A stretch of 63,469 nucleotides of DNA, counting the filler. It is 7 parts of 7 records of this genome, joined end to end, with 100 filler letters (N's around TTAATTAATTAA, not from the genome) between each part and the next. Parts side by side here need not be neighbours in the genome. Positions count along the whole stretch, not along the records: positions 1 to 19,325 come from SRR31156797_56689; 6 more parts are not named here. One strand, 5' to 3'. A program made the translations under genes and the position numbers. This document shows positions 1 to 10,507 of this stretch, piece by piece. Within the stretch, counting starts at the first letter, position 1, and every line of letters begins with the position of its first letter. The notes beneath the pieces were generated by a model that was not told where the DNA came from, did no database searches, and saw nothing but the letters and a program-made list of their open reading frames with translations.

Positions 1-73
1 ATGTAGGATTTATTTTTTCCGGGTCCCTAACATTAGTTCGTCAATTTTGCGTGAAAACAAGGAGAATCATAAC

Positions 74-2230
74 ATGTTAAGAAGATTCCTGTGGCTGTTT
101 GTTCTGGTTTATTTAGCCATGCCGGCGTTTGCTCAAAATGAGCGAAGAAAACCGGTGACCATTGAAGGCAAGACGATTCTGCCTTTGCGGGTGCTGGCCC
201 GCCCCTTTTCCCATATATATAATGCCAAAAATATCAACAGAGGCACGGTCAGGGAAAACGTGCCGGCGTTTCAGCCGTTTTATGTGTATACCCGTCCGTC
301 GGCCGAAGACATAGAACTTCAGGACGGATGGTACGAAATCGGGGAAAACAATCGCGGCAAAGTGTTAGGGTGGATGCAGGCAAAAGATGTTTTTGAGTGG
401 AAACAGACCATGTGCCTGGCCTATACCCATCCGGAGGGCCGTAAGCCTGTTCTTATGTTTTCAAACCGTACGCCCCTGCAGAATATTCTTAACGCGGATG
501 AAACCGCCCGCCTCAATAAAGTGAACAGTTTTTACGAGGCCCTGGATAAAAAGCAGATTCCTGAAAATTTTCCCATACGTTCGGTGGAGCCCAAACAGGC
601 CGTTGATATTGCCACCCAGTTTTACCTTCTGCCCATCCTCGCCTTTGACGAAATTGAACTCCAGGGTCGGGAAGGGCGCCTGCTTCAGCTTGCAGCAGCC
701 ACAGCCCAGGGGCCGGATGCCAGACAATCCACGGATCTTTCCAAGAATCCGGATTATTTAGATGAGGCAATCATTGATGCATCCGGTGTGGATGCCCAGG
801 TCTTAAAGCAGATGGATGTAGACGTTGTTTTTGTCACGGATACCACCGTTTCAATGAAACGCTATATCCAGGCTACCCTGGATGTGATGCGCCAGGTGGT
901 CCAACAGTTAAATGCAAATCCGGAGGTTTCCAAAAGCCTTCGCTTTGGCGTCTGGGGATATCGCGATCCCGTAGACTTGATCCCGGGCATCGGCTACACC
1001 ACCTATAATTACACCCCGGAATTGCGCCATGCCGATGAGTTTATCAACGCCCTTTCCCAGGTAAATGTCACCCAGACTGACAGCGATGACTATGCTGAAG
1101 ATGTTTTTTCCGGGATTAACGATGCCGTTAGTAAAACCGCCTGGACCAATGGTGCTATCCGTATTATGGTGCTGTTGGGCGATGCACCCGGCCATGAAAC
1201 CGGGCACAAGTACAATGCCTCAGGCCAGTCTGTCCAGACATTGCGGGCCATCTGCGACGATGCCGGCATCTATTTGTTCGCCATGCATGTTAAAGCGCCC
1301 CGGGCCAAAAAATACCACGAACCTGCTCAAATCCAGTTCCGGGAACTTTCCGCCAATCCGGGTATGCAGGATCAAAGCGCTTATTACTCTGTTTCTTCAG
1401 AGGACCTGAAAGGATTCACCCAGGTAGCCCGGGACATTACCTCCGCCCTTACCGGTATGCTTAGTTCCGTCAAGCAGGGAAATGCAGCCCAGAGCATAGG
1501 TGCGCAGACCTCCCAGGCTGCCGGATTGTCCGAAGAGGCAATGCTCTCCCAAGCCCTTACTGATTCCATGGATACCTCAAACGTTGTGGTTAATCAAAAT
1601 GCTTCTGCCGCCGTTGAAAATAAGGTGATAGATACCCCCGGCGGACAGAACGGAGAAACCGGTGTCAGTGCCAAAGATCTTGCCTTCCAGATGGTCAAGG
1701 CCGCCATGGTGGAATGGGTGGGAAAACAGACCGGTGCCAAGGCTCCCCGGGATATTGTTGCCTGGGCCACGGATAAGGATCTGGTCACCCCGGAAATTCA
1801 GTCCATGGAGGTGCGTTTGCTCATTAACAAACGGCAGCTGGATTCTTTGAACACCATTCTCAAAGAGGTCATGGCTGCGGGCAGAAGGGGACAGATCGGC
1901 GGTGAAGATTTTTTTACTGCGCTTCAGGCCACATCGGCTGCCGCATCCCGTGATCCCAATTTGATCAAAAATGCAAAAACCATGGCAGATACAGGTCTGA
2001 TTCCGGAATTTCTCTCCGGACTGCCCTACCAGAGCCGCCTGATGAGTATGAACAATGATCTGTGGATGAGTTGGTCTGTGGACGAGCAGGATGAGTTCTT
2101 AAATGAGCTGGATGCCAAGATCCAGGCCTATCGCTCCATCCATGACCGCCCCGAGGGGTGGGTTGCCTTAAATCCTGCAGATGACCCGGATGAACATGTT
2201 TATCCGGTCAGCCTGGAACTTTTGCCTTAA
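74..2230 (+). CDS. Secreted vWA-domain protein resembling the periplasmic C-terminal part of the T6SS kinase PpkA, but with no kinase domain
   Basis: ATG at 74 follows an AAGGAGA RBS. Signal peptide MLRRFLWLFVLVYLAMPAFA. MIDAS-like DVVFVTDTTVSM, plus GYRD and LLGDAP vWA motifs. No Ser/Thr kinase motifs. Confidence 0.75.
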   Translation: MLRRFLWLFVLVYLAMPAFAQNERRKPVTIEGKTILPLRVLARPFSHIYNAKNINRGTVRENVPAFQPFYVYTRPSAEDIELQDGWYEIGENNRGKVLGWMQAKDVFEWKQTMCLAYTHPEGRKPVLMFSNRTPLQNILNADETARLNKVNSFYEALDKKQIPENFPIRSVEPKQAVDIATQFYLLPILAFDEIELQGREGRLLQLAAATAQGPDARQSTDLSKNPDYLDEAIIDASGVDAQVLKQMDVDVVFVTDTTVSMKRYIQATLDVMRQVVQQLNANPEVSKSLRFGVWGYRDPVDLIPGIGYTTYNYTPELRHADEFINALSQVNVTQTDSDDYAEDVFSGINDAVSKTAWTNGAIRIMVLLGDAPGHETGHKYNASGQSVQTLRAICDDAGIYLFAMHVKAPRAKKYHEPAQIQFRELSANPGMQDQSAYYSVSSEDLKGFTQVARDITSALTGMLSSVKQGNAAQSIGAQTSQAAGLSEEAMLSQALTDSMDTSNVVVNQNASAAVENKVIDTPGGQNGETGVSAKDLAFQMVKAAMVEWVGKQTGAKAPRDIVAWATDKDLVTPEIQSMEVRLLINKRQLDSLNTILKEVMAAGRRGQIGGEDFFTALQATSAAASRDPNLIKNAKTMADTGLIPEFLSGLPYQSRLMSMNNDLWMSWSVDEQDEFLNELDAKIQAYRSIHDRPEGWVALNPADDPDEHVYPVSLELLP

Positions 2231-2233
2231 TCC

Positions 2234-2971
2234 ATGGAAAGCCTATCCAGAGAAGGGACCGCGCTGCGCCTTAAAGGTATTGTGCATACCCGGTCCCATG
2301 CCGGAGTTCGTTTTGAACTCCGGGTGCCTGACATGTGTCTGGCTGCAGGAGAGTTCGCCGCTGTGGTAGGACCGTCAGGCTGTGGTAAATCCACCCTTCT
2401 AGACATTCTCGGGTTGGTGATGCAGCCGGACAGAGCTGATATCTATACGCTGCAGGACCATGACCGTCTCCTTGATCTCACCTGCATGAAGACCTCGGCC
2501 AGGGCAGCCGTGCGCAGCCAAAGCATTGGATATGTGCTGCAGACAGGGGGGCTTCTCCCCTTTTTAACGGTACGCCGGAACATTGCGCTGCCCCTGGCAT
2601 TGAATCGCTTAAAGGATGATGGTCGGGTCCAGGAGCTGGCCTCAAGTTTGGGCATTGTTGAACAGCTGGACAAACGCCCGGCGTTTCTTTCGGGCGGACA
2701 ACGCCAGCGGGCCGCCATTGCAAGAGCCCTGGTCCACCGTCCCGGCCTGGTGCTGGCCGACGAACCCACTGCCGCCGTCGATGAACTCACAGCTATGGAG
2801 ATCCGGGACCAGTTTCAGTCCCTGAGCAAAACCCTGGGAACCACCACCATCATGGTCAGTCATGACCGGTCCCTGCTCAGGGGCCGGGTGGACCGGATTT
2901 TCAGCTTCTGCCTGGAGCGTGCGACCCATGGGGTAACCATATCCACCCTCCATGAAATGGAGGATTTATGA
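2234..2971 (+). CDS. ABC transporter ATP-binding protein (LolD/TagT-like)
   Basis: Walker A GPSGCGKST, signature LSGGQRQR, Walker B LVLADEPT, H-loop VSHD. Confidence 0.9.
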   Translation: MESLSREGTALRLKGIVHTRSHAGVRFELRVPDMCLAAGEFAAVVGPSGCGKSTLLDILGLVMQPDRADIYTLQDHDRLLDLTCMKTSARAAVRSQSIGYVLQTGGLLPFLTVRRNIALPLALNRLKDDGRVQELASSLGIVEQLDKRPAFLSGGQRQRAAIARALVHRPGLVLADEPTAAVDELTAMEIRDQFQSLSKTLGTTTIMVSHDRSLLRGRVDRIFSFCLERATHGVTISTLHEMEDL

Positions 2972-4764
2972 ACCACCCCGGTGGCGCAGGTATGGTTCCA
3001 AGTCTTGCCTGGGCAGATTTAAAGAATGAATGGGTGTTAAGCCTTTGCCTGTTTCTGGCCGTTGCAGCCGTAGTCGGGCCCTTGCTTTTGCTGTTTGGTT
3101 TAAAAAACGGTACCATGGAAACTTTGCGGGGAAGGTTGCTAGAAGATCCCCGCAACCGTGAAATTCGGCCCATGGTCTCCCGCTCCTTTACCCCCCAATG
3201 GCTGGATCAGTTAGAGAATAATCCCAAAGTTGACTTTCTGGTGCCGGCCACCCGAAGCATTTCCGCCAGTGTGACCCTGGTTGCAAAGGAAAATAAACTG
3301 GTGCTGGAAGCCTTGCCCTCTGCGCCAGGGGACCCATTGCTGCTGGAAAACCATGCCGGGCCACCTGAAAAAAAAGAGTGTGTTCTCTCTTCGGAGGCGG
3401 CGCGAAAGCTCTCCGTACAAATCGGTCAGACTTTAGAGCTTCAGGTGAAACGCTTGAAAGGCATGGGTTTTGAAAGCGGCACGACTACGCTCACCGTGTC
3501 CGGCATTGCAGATTCCAGGGCCACAGCCCGGGTGGCGGCTTTTTTTCCTTTACCCCTTCTGGAAGCCGTGGAGGCGTTCAAGGACGGTCAGGCCGTGCCG
3601 GAACTGGGCTGGAAGGGCAAACTTCCCGTGGCCCAACCCGTGTTTGACGGCGTGGTACTCGGCCTTGACCAGCCCATGGACCCGGTGCTCAAGGTTCGCC
3701 TGATTTCGGGCACGGGCTTAAGTCATGTCAAGGCCTTGCCGGAAAGCAGCCGTTTGGAGACTCTGGGCTATCCTTTAAATTTTAGGCCCCATGTTTATCT
3801 GCTCACCACAAAAACAGCCGTGCCCGGTTCAGTGTTGATAACCTTAGCCAACCGGCTTCGGGGGAAACACCCCTTGATTCTGCCTTGGGTATCACCCATT
3901 GACGCCATACTTGAAAAGGATCAGAAGATATCTATTTTAGCGTTTCCAAAGCAGGTCGCACCGGAATTTGCCTTGAGCACTTTGAATATAGGTGGGAAGA
4001 ATTCAAGACAAGTCATACTGCCTAAGAATATGAACCTGCCTGAACAACCGATCCTTTACCTTCCTGAAAAAACCCTTGAATTTCCGGTTCAGGTTCAGAA
4101 AAATCAATTTTTACAAGGTGCCTGGGCCCTGGTGTCCCCGGATCTGGCCGGAATTTTGAATCTGGCCCGGAAACGGGAAGTTCGCTGGGATGCTGAAAAA
4201 GACCGGTTTATCCTCCACCGCCGGGGATATGCCGCATTCAGAATGTACGCAAAGACCCTGGACCATGTCCCGGATCTGAAGTCGCAACTGGAGAGTATGG
4301 GTATTCCGGTACACACCGAAGCCGAACGTATCCGGGATCTCAAGGAGCTGGACAGACATCTTTCCATGATCTTCTGGTTCATTGCCCTGGGTGGCATCCT
4401 GGGCGGTGCCGGTGCCTTGGCCGCAAGTCTTTATGCCTCGGTGGAGCGCAAGCGAAAGGATTTAGGGGTGCTCGGACTCATTGGCTTTGGCCGGGGCAGC
4501 CTTTTAAGCTTCCCCCTTTATCAGGCCCTGTTTCTATCCTGTGGGGGACTTGTCCTGGCATTCGGCTTTTATCTGGTCATGGCCGGAATGATCAACCATC
4601 TTTTTTCCTCCCAGCTTTCGGCAGGGGAACATTTCTGCCGCCTTTATCTAATCCACCTGGCAGCTGCGGCCTGCGGTGTGGTGATACTGGGACAAATTGC
4701 CGCTGCACTGGCAGCTTTCCGGGTCATCGCCATTGATCCGGCTGAGGCCTTAAGAGATGAATAA
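2968..4764 (+). CDS. ABC permease, FtsX/LolCE family (TagS-like), with an enlarged periplasmic region
   Basis: ATGA overlap with the ATPase. N-terminal TM, long soluble region, three C-terminal TMs, SVERKRKDLGVLGLIG, terminal IDPAEALRDE. Confidence 0.85.
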   Translation: MNHPGGAGMVPSLAWADLKNEWVLSLCLFLAVAAVVGPLLLLFGLKNGTMETLRGRLLEDPRNREIRPMVSRSFTPQWLDQLENNPKVDFLVPATRSISASVTLVAKENKLVLEALPSAPGDPLLLENHAGPPEKKECVLSSEAARKLSVQIGQTLELQVKRLKGMGFESGTTTLTVSGIADSRATARVAAFFPLPLLEAVEAFKDGQAVPELGWKGKLPVAQPVFDGVVLGLDQPMDPVLKVRLISGTGLSHVKALPESSRLETLGYPLNFRPHVYLLTTKTAVPGSVLITLANRLRGKHPLILPWVSPIDAILEKDQKISILAFPKQVAPEFALSTLNIGGKNSRQVILPKNMNLPEQPILYLPEKTLEFPVQVQKNQFLQGAWALVSPDLAGILNLARKREVRWDAEKDRFILHRRGYAAFRMYAKTLDHVPDLKSQLESMGIPVHTEAERIRDLKELDRHLSMIFWFIALGGILGGAGALAASLYASVERKRKDLGVLGLIGFGRGSLLSFPLYQALFLSCGGLVLAFGFYLVMAGMINHLFSSQLSAGEHFCRLYLIHLAAAACGVVILGQIAAALAAFRVIAIDPAEALRDE

Positions 4765-4778
4765 GGGAGGGACGAATA

Positions 4779-6353
4779 ATGAATAGATGCCTGCTGAAGG
4801 TTTTGTTTTTTCTTGTTGTTTTCACGATGGGTTATGCAACAGCCGTTTGGGGTGGCAATGACAATCCAAGTCCTTCGGACGGCGATTTTATTCTACCGTT
4901 GCCCGGCAGACGACACATGGTCTTCAGGCCTGTTTTCATGGGGCAGGGTGATACCCCTTTTGCCCAGAAAAGTTTTCGCATGGGGGACCCGGACGGCGGA
5001 TACAAGGAGCACCCCACCGAGGTGAGCCTGAGCGGTTCGTTTCTTGGTGACAGTAAATCGGGCAGGGACTGGCTCTTTTACCTTGGCAAATACGAGGTAA
5101 CCCAGGGACAGTGGGCGGCGGTTATGTCATTGCCCGCACCTGAGGGCAAGGTCGATGCAAAGCCTTTGACCGGCGTCTCCTGGTTTGAGGCCCAGGCATT
5201 TTTAGATAAGCTGAATATATGGCTTTTTGCCAATGCCCTGGACAAGCTGCCCAAATCCGGATCAAGCCCGGGATTTTTGCGCCTGCCCACGGAAGCGGAG
5301 TGGGAATTTGCGGCCCGGGGCGGGGCTGCCGTGTCTGCGGATCTGTTTGACCGACGTGTACCTTACACCGGGGCGTTAAGCAAATACGAGTGGTTCGAGG
5401 GCCCCAAATCCAGCCACGGTAAACTGAAATCGGCTGGGCTGCTTGACCCCAACCCCATTGGGCTTCACGATATGCTGGGCAATGTGACGGAGATGACCCA
5501 GGGCCTTTACATGATTGAATACTACCAGGGACGGCCCGGCGGATTTGTGGCCAGGGGGGGGCATTTTCTCTCTTCACAGAAAAATCTGCGCTCAAGTTTG
5601 CGCACCGAAGAACCATTTTACATGGCCCGGGGCAGTAAACCGCCCAAACCCAACCGGAAAGTCACCATGGGGTTTCGACCGGTTCTTTCTGCTGTGGTGT
5701 TTGTGGACCGCGTTGCCGCAAGATCCTATGCCGATGCCTGGGATGCTTACCGGGCAGGGGGTGGGGCTGATACGCCGGCTGCCGTGAGCACCGCACCGAC
5801 GATTCAGAAAACCCAGGCAAATACGGACCAGGCCGGTGAGTATCTGGACCGTTTGGAAAAGATGGCGGTCGGCCACCCGGATATGAAACAGGACTTGAGT
5901 CGACTCCGAAGCGTGATTGCAGACATCGGCTTTATACAGGCTAAGGCCGATGCCGAAACCGCTTTTGCCTGGTTTAAGATTGCTTCGGAGCGCGGATTTT
6001 TTATTTATCTTGAAAGCCGGAAACTGCCCACGGTGCATAAACTCATTGACGCGGCCAGGGCGGGTAAACGAACCGCCATGTTGGAAAAACTTGAAACCCG
6101 GCTTTTGGAAATTGAAGCCAATATCAGCCAGGCCATTGAGAACTACACTGCTTCTTTGCGTCAAATGGACACCTTAAGTATTCCCGCCCGGCATACCGCC
6201 CGGGAGCGGTATCTGAAATTTTTACTGGAAAACGATGCAGCCGAGCAGATCCGGACTGCAAAGCTGGTCGCAAAACACTTGGAAAAGCTATCCAAAACCA
6301 AGCGTACCACCCCGGATGAGTGGAAAAAACAGTTGAGCACCCTGGGTATATAA
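4779..6353 (+). CDS. FGE-sulfatase (SUMF1) domain protein with a helical C-terminal extension (TagR-like)
   Basis: Signal peptide; motifs KYEVTQGQW, RLPTEAEWEFAARGG, NPIGLHDMLGNVTE and GFRPV. Confidence 0.85.
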   Translation: MNRCLLKVLFFLVVFTMGYATAVWGGNDNPSPSDGDFILPLPGRRHMVFRPVFMGQGDTPFAQKSFRMGDPDGGYKEHPTEVSLSGSFLGDSKSGRDWLFYLGKYEVTQGQWAAVMSLPAPEGKVDAKPLTGVSWFEAQAFLDKLNIWLFANALDKLPKSGSSPGFLRLPTEAEWEFAARGGAAVSADLFDRRVPYTGALSKYEWFEGPKSSHGKLKSAGLLDPNPIGLHDMLGNVTEMTQGLYMIEYYQGRPGGFVARGGHFLSSQKNLRSSLRTEEPFYMARGSKPPKPNRKVTMGFRPVLSAVVFVDRVAARSYADAWDAYRAGGGADTPAAVSTAPTIQKTQANTDQAGEYLDRLEKMAVGHPDMKQDLSRLRSVIADIGFIQAKADAETAFAWFKIASERGFFIYLESRKLPTVHKLIDAARAGKRTAMLEKLETRLLEIEANISQAIENYTASLRQMDTLSIPARHTARERYLKFLLENDAAEQIRTAKLVAKHLEKLSKTKRTTPDEWKKQLSTLGI

Positions 6354-6395
6354 GAACCGGTTTAAAAAATGGATTAAACAATAAAAGGAGGTTCA

Positions 6396-8189
6396 TTGAA
6401 AAAAATTATTACAACTTTAATTTTGGGCATGGTTTTGTGTCTGTTTTATATTTGCCCGGCCCTGGGCATTGAACAGGGTCCGCCCGTAGATGCCTTGAGC
6501 CTTGAGCCGATTCCTTTTTTTGAATTTCCCATGAATAAAAATAACGGCCCCAAAATGTTTGAACTTAAACTGCCTGTGGCTCTGGAGACGGAAGGGCTTA
6601 AAGGACCTTTGACAGTGGATGATCCCGTGGCGGCCTGGTTCTGGGAAAAGTACAAGACGTCCGGTGCGCAAAGGGCTGTGGACTATGATTCCAGTTATGC
6701 CGAATATTATCAGACCCCCTTTATGCGCGTCATCGGAATTCAGACCATGGGCACCACGGTAAAGCTTAAAATCAAATGTCCTGACCCAGACCGGATTTCC
6801 ATGCCCCTTGCGGGCTTGGGAGGGAAAGCCGGAAATACCAGATACACCATGGTGAAAACACGTATGACCGCCGATTTTATTGATTACGAAGGCCGTCTCA
6901 GTTCTGATGAAAATAAGGCTAAAATCCACCTCAGGGAAGACAAAGACGGGCTTGAAATCAGCTGGGTGCCGTCCATGGTGGAACGTAAAGGGAAAATGGA
7001 GATCACTGCCCCGGTGGTGATCGAGCTTTCCCTGATGTATCTGGTAAAGCAGGAGAAGCTTTATGAGGGTAAGATTCATGATAAATGGACCCGTAAGGCC
7101 TGGAGAGAGCGCCGTGTGGCCTGGCTGGCACTGCCCGTGTGCGGCATGGAGATCGGGAAAGATGACGAGCCCCTGATCTGCCCGGCTGCCATTGCTGAAG
7201 GGCCCCAATGGCAGGAGCACTCTTTAGGTCCGGTCAGCGTCCAGATTCCTGATAATTGGGAAAACAGAATCAAGGACGGGTCCGGCATGTTTGAAGTTGG
7301 TTATCATGTGGCCAATTTCGGCATTATCAGAGAGCCCGATGCAGAAAAGATGATCAAAAGCATCACAGATGCAAAAGAAAAGAACGTCAGCATCTGCGGA
7401 CTTGACGCCGTCGAATATAAAGGCCTTGCCAGAAGCGGCAAGGTCATAGCAAGGCTGATAATTTTTGATGAGAATCTTTCGGACGGCAAGCCATTGTGCA
7501 TTGCGGCATCGGCAAAAAATGATACCTGGGACAAATTGGTTGATACAATTCTGGCCTCGGTGAAAATCGGCGAAGGAAAAGCGGTTGCACCGAATGTTCC
7601 GGCTGCGCCTGAATCCACCCTTGCCGTGTCAGGTGATGTGGGCAGCGGCAATTTCGTTTATGCTGATAGTGACGGCGATCAGACCCGTTATGAACATAAA
7701 ATGCCGGACCCGGCAGCCCCCCAGGAACCGGAGACCTCTGGGATTGAACCCTCTGCTGCTCCGGTAATACCTGAACCGTCGGCTCCGGCAGCCGAACTAA
7801 CCATTAAAAAACTGCGTGGTTTCAGCGATTTTACCGGCCGCAATGAAACCTTGCAGGCCGATGGTTCCCCGGATACCTGGCTTAAACTCAGGATTGAAGG
7901 CGCGCAAGATCTTCGTATCACAGGGCTTGCCCTTAAAAATGCAGAGACCAAAACCCTGGTCTGGGACACCGATTCAGGCAATGAGGCCTGGCTGCTGGTG
8001 GCGGCAAAGAAAAATAAATCCTTAAACGAGGCAAAAACAGGTGCTCTGGACTGGCCGGTGGATGGGAGTCCGGCTGTACTGGATCTTTATCTGCAGGATA
8101 ATAACACCATTGCCGCAGGCAAACAGAGATTTGAGCTTGTTATAAGCTTTGATAATTCAACCACCCTTGTGGTTCCCATTGAAAGATAA
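6396..8189 (+). CDS. Secreted multidomain hypothetical protein (possible PsbP-like middle domain, Pro-rich linker, C-terminal beta domain)
   Basis: TTG start after an AGGAGG RBS. Signal peptide, SVQIPDNW...DTILASVKI segment, P/E/A-rich linker. Confidence 0.6.
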   Translation: MKKIITTLILGMVLCLFYICPALGIEQGPPVDALSLEPIPFFEFPMNKNNGPKMFELKLPVALETEGLKGPLTVDDPVAAWFWEKYKTSGAQRAVDYDSSYAEYYQTPFMRVIGIQTMGTTVKLKIKCPDPDRISMPLAGLGGKAGNTRYTMVKTRMTADFIDYEGRLSSDENKAKIHLREDKDGLEISWVPSMVERKGKMEITAPVVIELSLMYLVKQEKLYEGKIHDKWTRKAWRERRVAWLALPVCGMEIGKDDEPLICPAAIAEGPQWQEHSLGPVSVQIPDNWENRIKDGSGMFEVGYHVANFGIIREPDAEKMIKSITDAKEKNVSICGLDAVEYKGLARSGKVIARLIIFDENLSDGKPLCIAASAKNDTWDKLVDTILASVKIGEGKAVAPNVPAAPESTLAVSGDVGSGNFVYADSDGDQTRYEHKMPDPAAPQEPETSGIEPSAAPVIPEPSAPAAELTIKKLRGFSDFTGRNETLQADGSPDTWLKLRIEGAQDLRITGLALKNAETKTLVWDTDSGNEAWLLVAAKKNKSLNEAKTGALDWPVDGSPAVLDLYLQDNNTIAAGKQRFELVISFDNSTTLVVPIER

Positions 8190-8213
8190 GATTAATCATA
8201 AAGGAGTTTTATC

Positions 8214-8894
8214 ATGTACAAAAAGTCACGTTTTATTTCTATTATTTTGATTTTTGCCATGTGCGTGTCCATGGCCGGATGTGCCACAACGGGTTCGAGT
8301 GATGCCCAAAGAACCCGAAATGAAGGCACCGCTTTGGGTCTCGGAGCTGGGGCACTCCTCGGCGGGCTGGCCGGGGCACTCATCGGCGGTGATTCCAAGG
8401 GTGCTTTGATTGGTGCTGCAATTGGTGCGGCCGCAGGCGGTGCCGCGGGCTATGCCTACGGTGATCATGTAGCCTCCCAGAAAGCCAAATATGCCAGTGA
8501 AGAAGATTGGCTGGACCAGTGTGTTTCCAGCGCCCGGCAGGTCAACCAGGAGACCCTGGCCTACAATAATCAGTTGCGTACCGATATCGTCCAGCTGGAT
8601 ACTGAAACCCAGAGGCTTGAAAAGAAGTACGCCGCCAGGCAGGCAAGTAAGAAAACGCTTCTGGCCGAAAAAACGCGCATTGATGCCGCCATCAAGACCA
8701 CCGATGAAAAACTTGCCCGGGCCAGGTTTGAGTTGGATTCACAGAAGCAGGCCGTGGTCCAGGTCAAGGAGAACAGCTCAAAGGATGAGACCCAGGCGCT
8801 GGATATGGAGATTGCCAAACTTGAAGGTCTGATCAATGAGCTGGAACAGCACAGCGAGGATTTGGCAGGTCTGTCCAGCCGTATGTCCGTTTGA
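8214..8894 (+). CDS. Glycine-zipper lipoprotein with a coiled-coil tail (TagQ-like)
   Basis: Lipobox MAGC, GAGALLGGLAGALIGG...GAAIGAAAGGAAG zipper, heptad-rich C-terminus, AAGGAG RBS. Confidence 0.8.
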   Translation: MYKKSRFISIILIFAMCVSMAGCATTGSSDAQRTRNEGTALGLGAGALLGGLAGALIGGDSKGALIGAAIGAAAGGAAGYAYGDHVASQKAKYASEEDWLDQCVSSARQVNQETLAYNNQLRTDIVQLDTETQRLEKKYAARQASKKTLLAEKTRIDAAIKTTDEKLARARFELDSQKQAVVQVKENSSKDETQALDMEIAKLEGLINELEQHSEDLAGLSSRMSV

Positions 8895-8907
8895 GCTAGG
8901 AGGAATT

Positions 8908-9408
8908 ATGATAAGATGTACTATTACAGCAAGCATCTGTCTGGCCATGCTGCTGGGCCTTGGGGCCTGTGTATCTACGGAGACAGACCCCCGCAAGGGG
9001 GGGCTATTCAGCTACAACCCCGAAGCTTATGAGCAGCGTATAAATGATCGCAAAGCCACCCTGGCGGACACAGAAGAGGCCAATGTCATAGCTCGGCAGG
9101 AAAGCGCGACTCTTGAAGCGGATAAACAGAGCAGACAGGCCACTTACCAGAGTCTAAAAGCCCAGATGGCCAACCTGTATGCCGAGACCAGCTGGCTGGA
9201 AGATCAGGTGGCCAAGGCCAGGGCCACCAATACCAGTCACAAAACAAAATTAAAAAAACTCCAGGATGAAGCCGCATCCATAAAAAGCGCCACCATCCAG
9301 GTGAACAATTCCGGAGAATCACTTTCAACCAAAAAGGCAAAGCTTGAGGCTCTGCAGAAGAAGATGGATGAGCTGTTAAAAGAGGCCGAGGCCCTAAGTG
9401 CTTTGTAA
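8908..9408 (+). CDS. Small coiled-coil lipoprotein
   Basis: ATG at 8908 after AGGAGG. Lipobox LGAC followed by DPRKGGLF and a coiled coil. Confidence 0.75.
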   Translation: MIRCTITASICLAMLLGLGACVSTETDPRKGGLFSYNPEAYEQRINDRKATLADTEEANVIARQESATLEADKQSRQATYQSLKAQMANLYAETSWLEDQVAKARATNTSHKTKLKKLQDEAASIKSATIQVNNSGESLSTKKAKLEALQKKMDELLKEAEALSAL

Positions 9409-10507
9409 TATTGCAAGGCATTTTTTTGTGTTCATTGCCGGGGTTCTGCTGGTGACCGCCGGTGCGCCTGGGGCGACCCGAGCCGCAGATTCCCTGGCCT
9501 GGACCAATGATCAGACCATGCTCGCTTTTTTTGAGGCTGTTACCAAAATTAAGAAAAATGCCCTGGCTGCGCCCAGCACCGCTGATATTGTTACCGGAGC
9601 GCTGAAGTTATATATGCGAGAGAGTGATCCTTACGGCAACTATCTGCCGCCCGAAGTGTACCGGCAGTGGAAACAGGCGCAGCAGTATGCTTTCCACGGT
9701 GTTGGCATGGAGATCATGGAGCGATCCGGCCGGTTTTATTGTTTTCCCCGACCGGAAAACCCGGCCGCCAAGGCAGGGCTCCAAAATGGTGATGAGCTGA
9801 TTGCCGTGGACGGAAAGTCTGTGGTGGGTTGTTCCATCTACTGGGTGGGCACCCGGATCAGGGGCAGGGAAAACAGCGCGGTGACATTGAGCGTCAGCCG
9901 GGGCGGCATTCGTCGCGAGGTGACCGCCATGCGCACGGCCCTGAAGGACAAATCCGTATTCAGGGCCGATAAAAGCGGCCTTCAGATACTGCGTATCAGC
10001 CATTTTTCACCGGCTACCCTGTCTGAGACAAAGGCTGTCTTGAAAAAAATAAACCGGAATCTGCCCCTGGTACTGGATCTTCGCAACAATCCCGGGGGCG
10101 ATCTGTTTTCGGCTGTGGATATCGCAGGACTTTTCCTGCCGGAAAACGCCGATGTCCTGACCATTGAAATCGCTTCAGAAATAACCGAATACAAGGCCAG
10201 GAATCGTATATGGAAAGGTGGCCGCATCGGAATTTGGCAAAACGGATTTACGGCTTCGGCTGCCGAGATACTCATTGCCGCACTTACAACGAATCATGCC
10301 GCGATTAATTTCGGCACCCAAAGTTTTGGCAAGGCATTGACCCAGAAGGTGGTGAATATGTCTGACGGATCAGCGCTTATTATCAGTCGGGGACGGCTGA
10401 AGGACCCTATTGGCAGATGCTGGCAGGACACCGGCATCGCACCCATGATCCGCATTCCTGAAGAGAATAAGCATTGGGTACAGCTAACCCAACAATATTT
10501 GAAATAG
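9398..10507 (+). CDS. S41 family C-terminal processing peptidase with PDZ domain
   Basis: GVGMEI PDZ start, LDLRNNPGG, catalytic Ser in TASAAE, Lys in FGKA, signal peptide. Confidence 0.88.
   Translation: MLCNIARHFFVFIAGVLLVTAGAPGATRAADSLAWTNDQTMLAFFEAVTKIKKNALAAPSTADIVTGALKLYMRESDPYGNYLPPEVYRQWKQAQQYAFHGVGMEIMERSGRFYCFPRPENPAAKAGLQNGDELIAVDGKSVVGCSIYWVGTRIRGRENSAVTLSVSRGGIRREVTAMRTALKDKSVFRADKSGLQILRISHFSPATLSETKAVLKKINRNLPLVLDLRNNPGGDLFSAVDIAGLFLPENADVLTIEIASEITEYKARNRIWKGGRIGIWQNGFTASAAEILIAALTTNHAAINFGTQSFGKALTQKVVNMSDGSALIISRGRLKDPIGRCWQDTGIAPMIRIPEENKHWVQLTQQYLK

Noticed and set aside
74-9408. A complete type VI secretion system
   Set aside because: No tss, hcp, vgrG or PAAR genes in the contig; only accessory-like genes.
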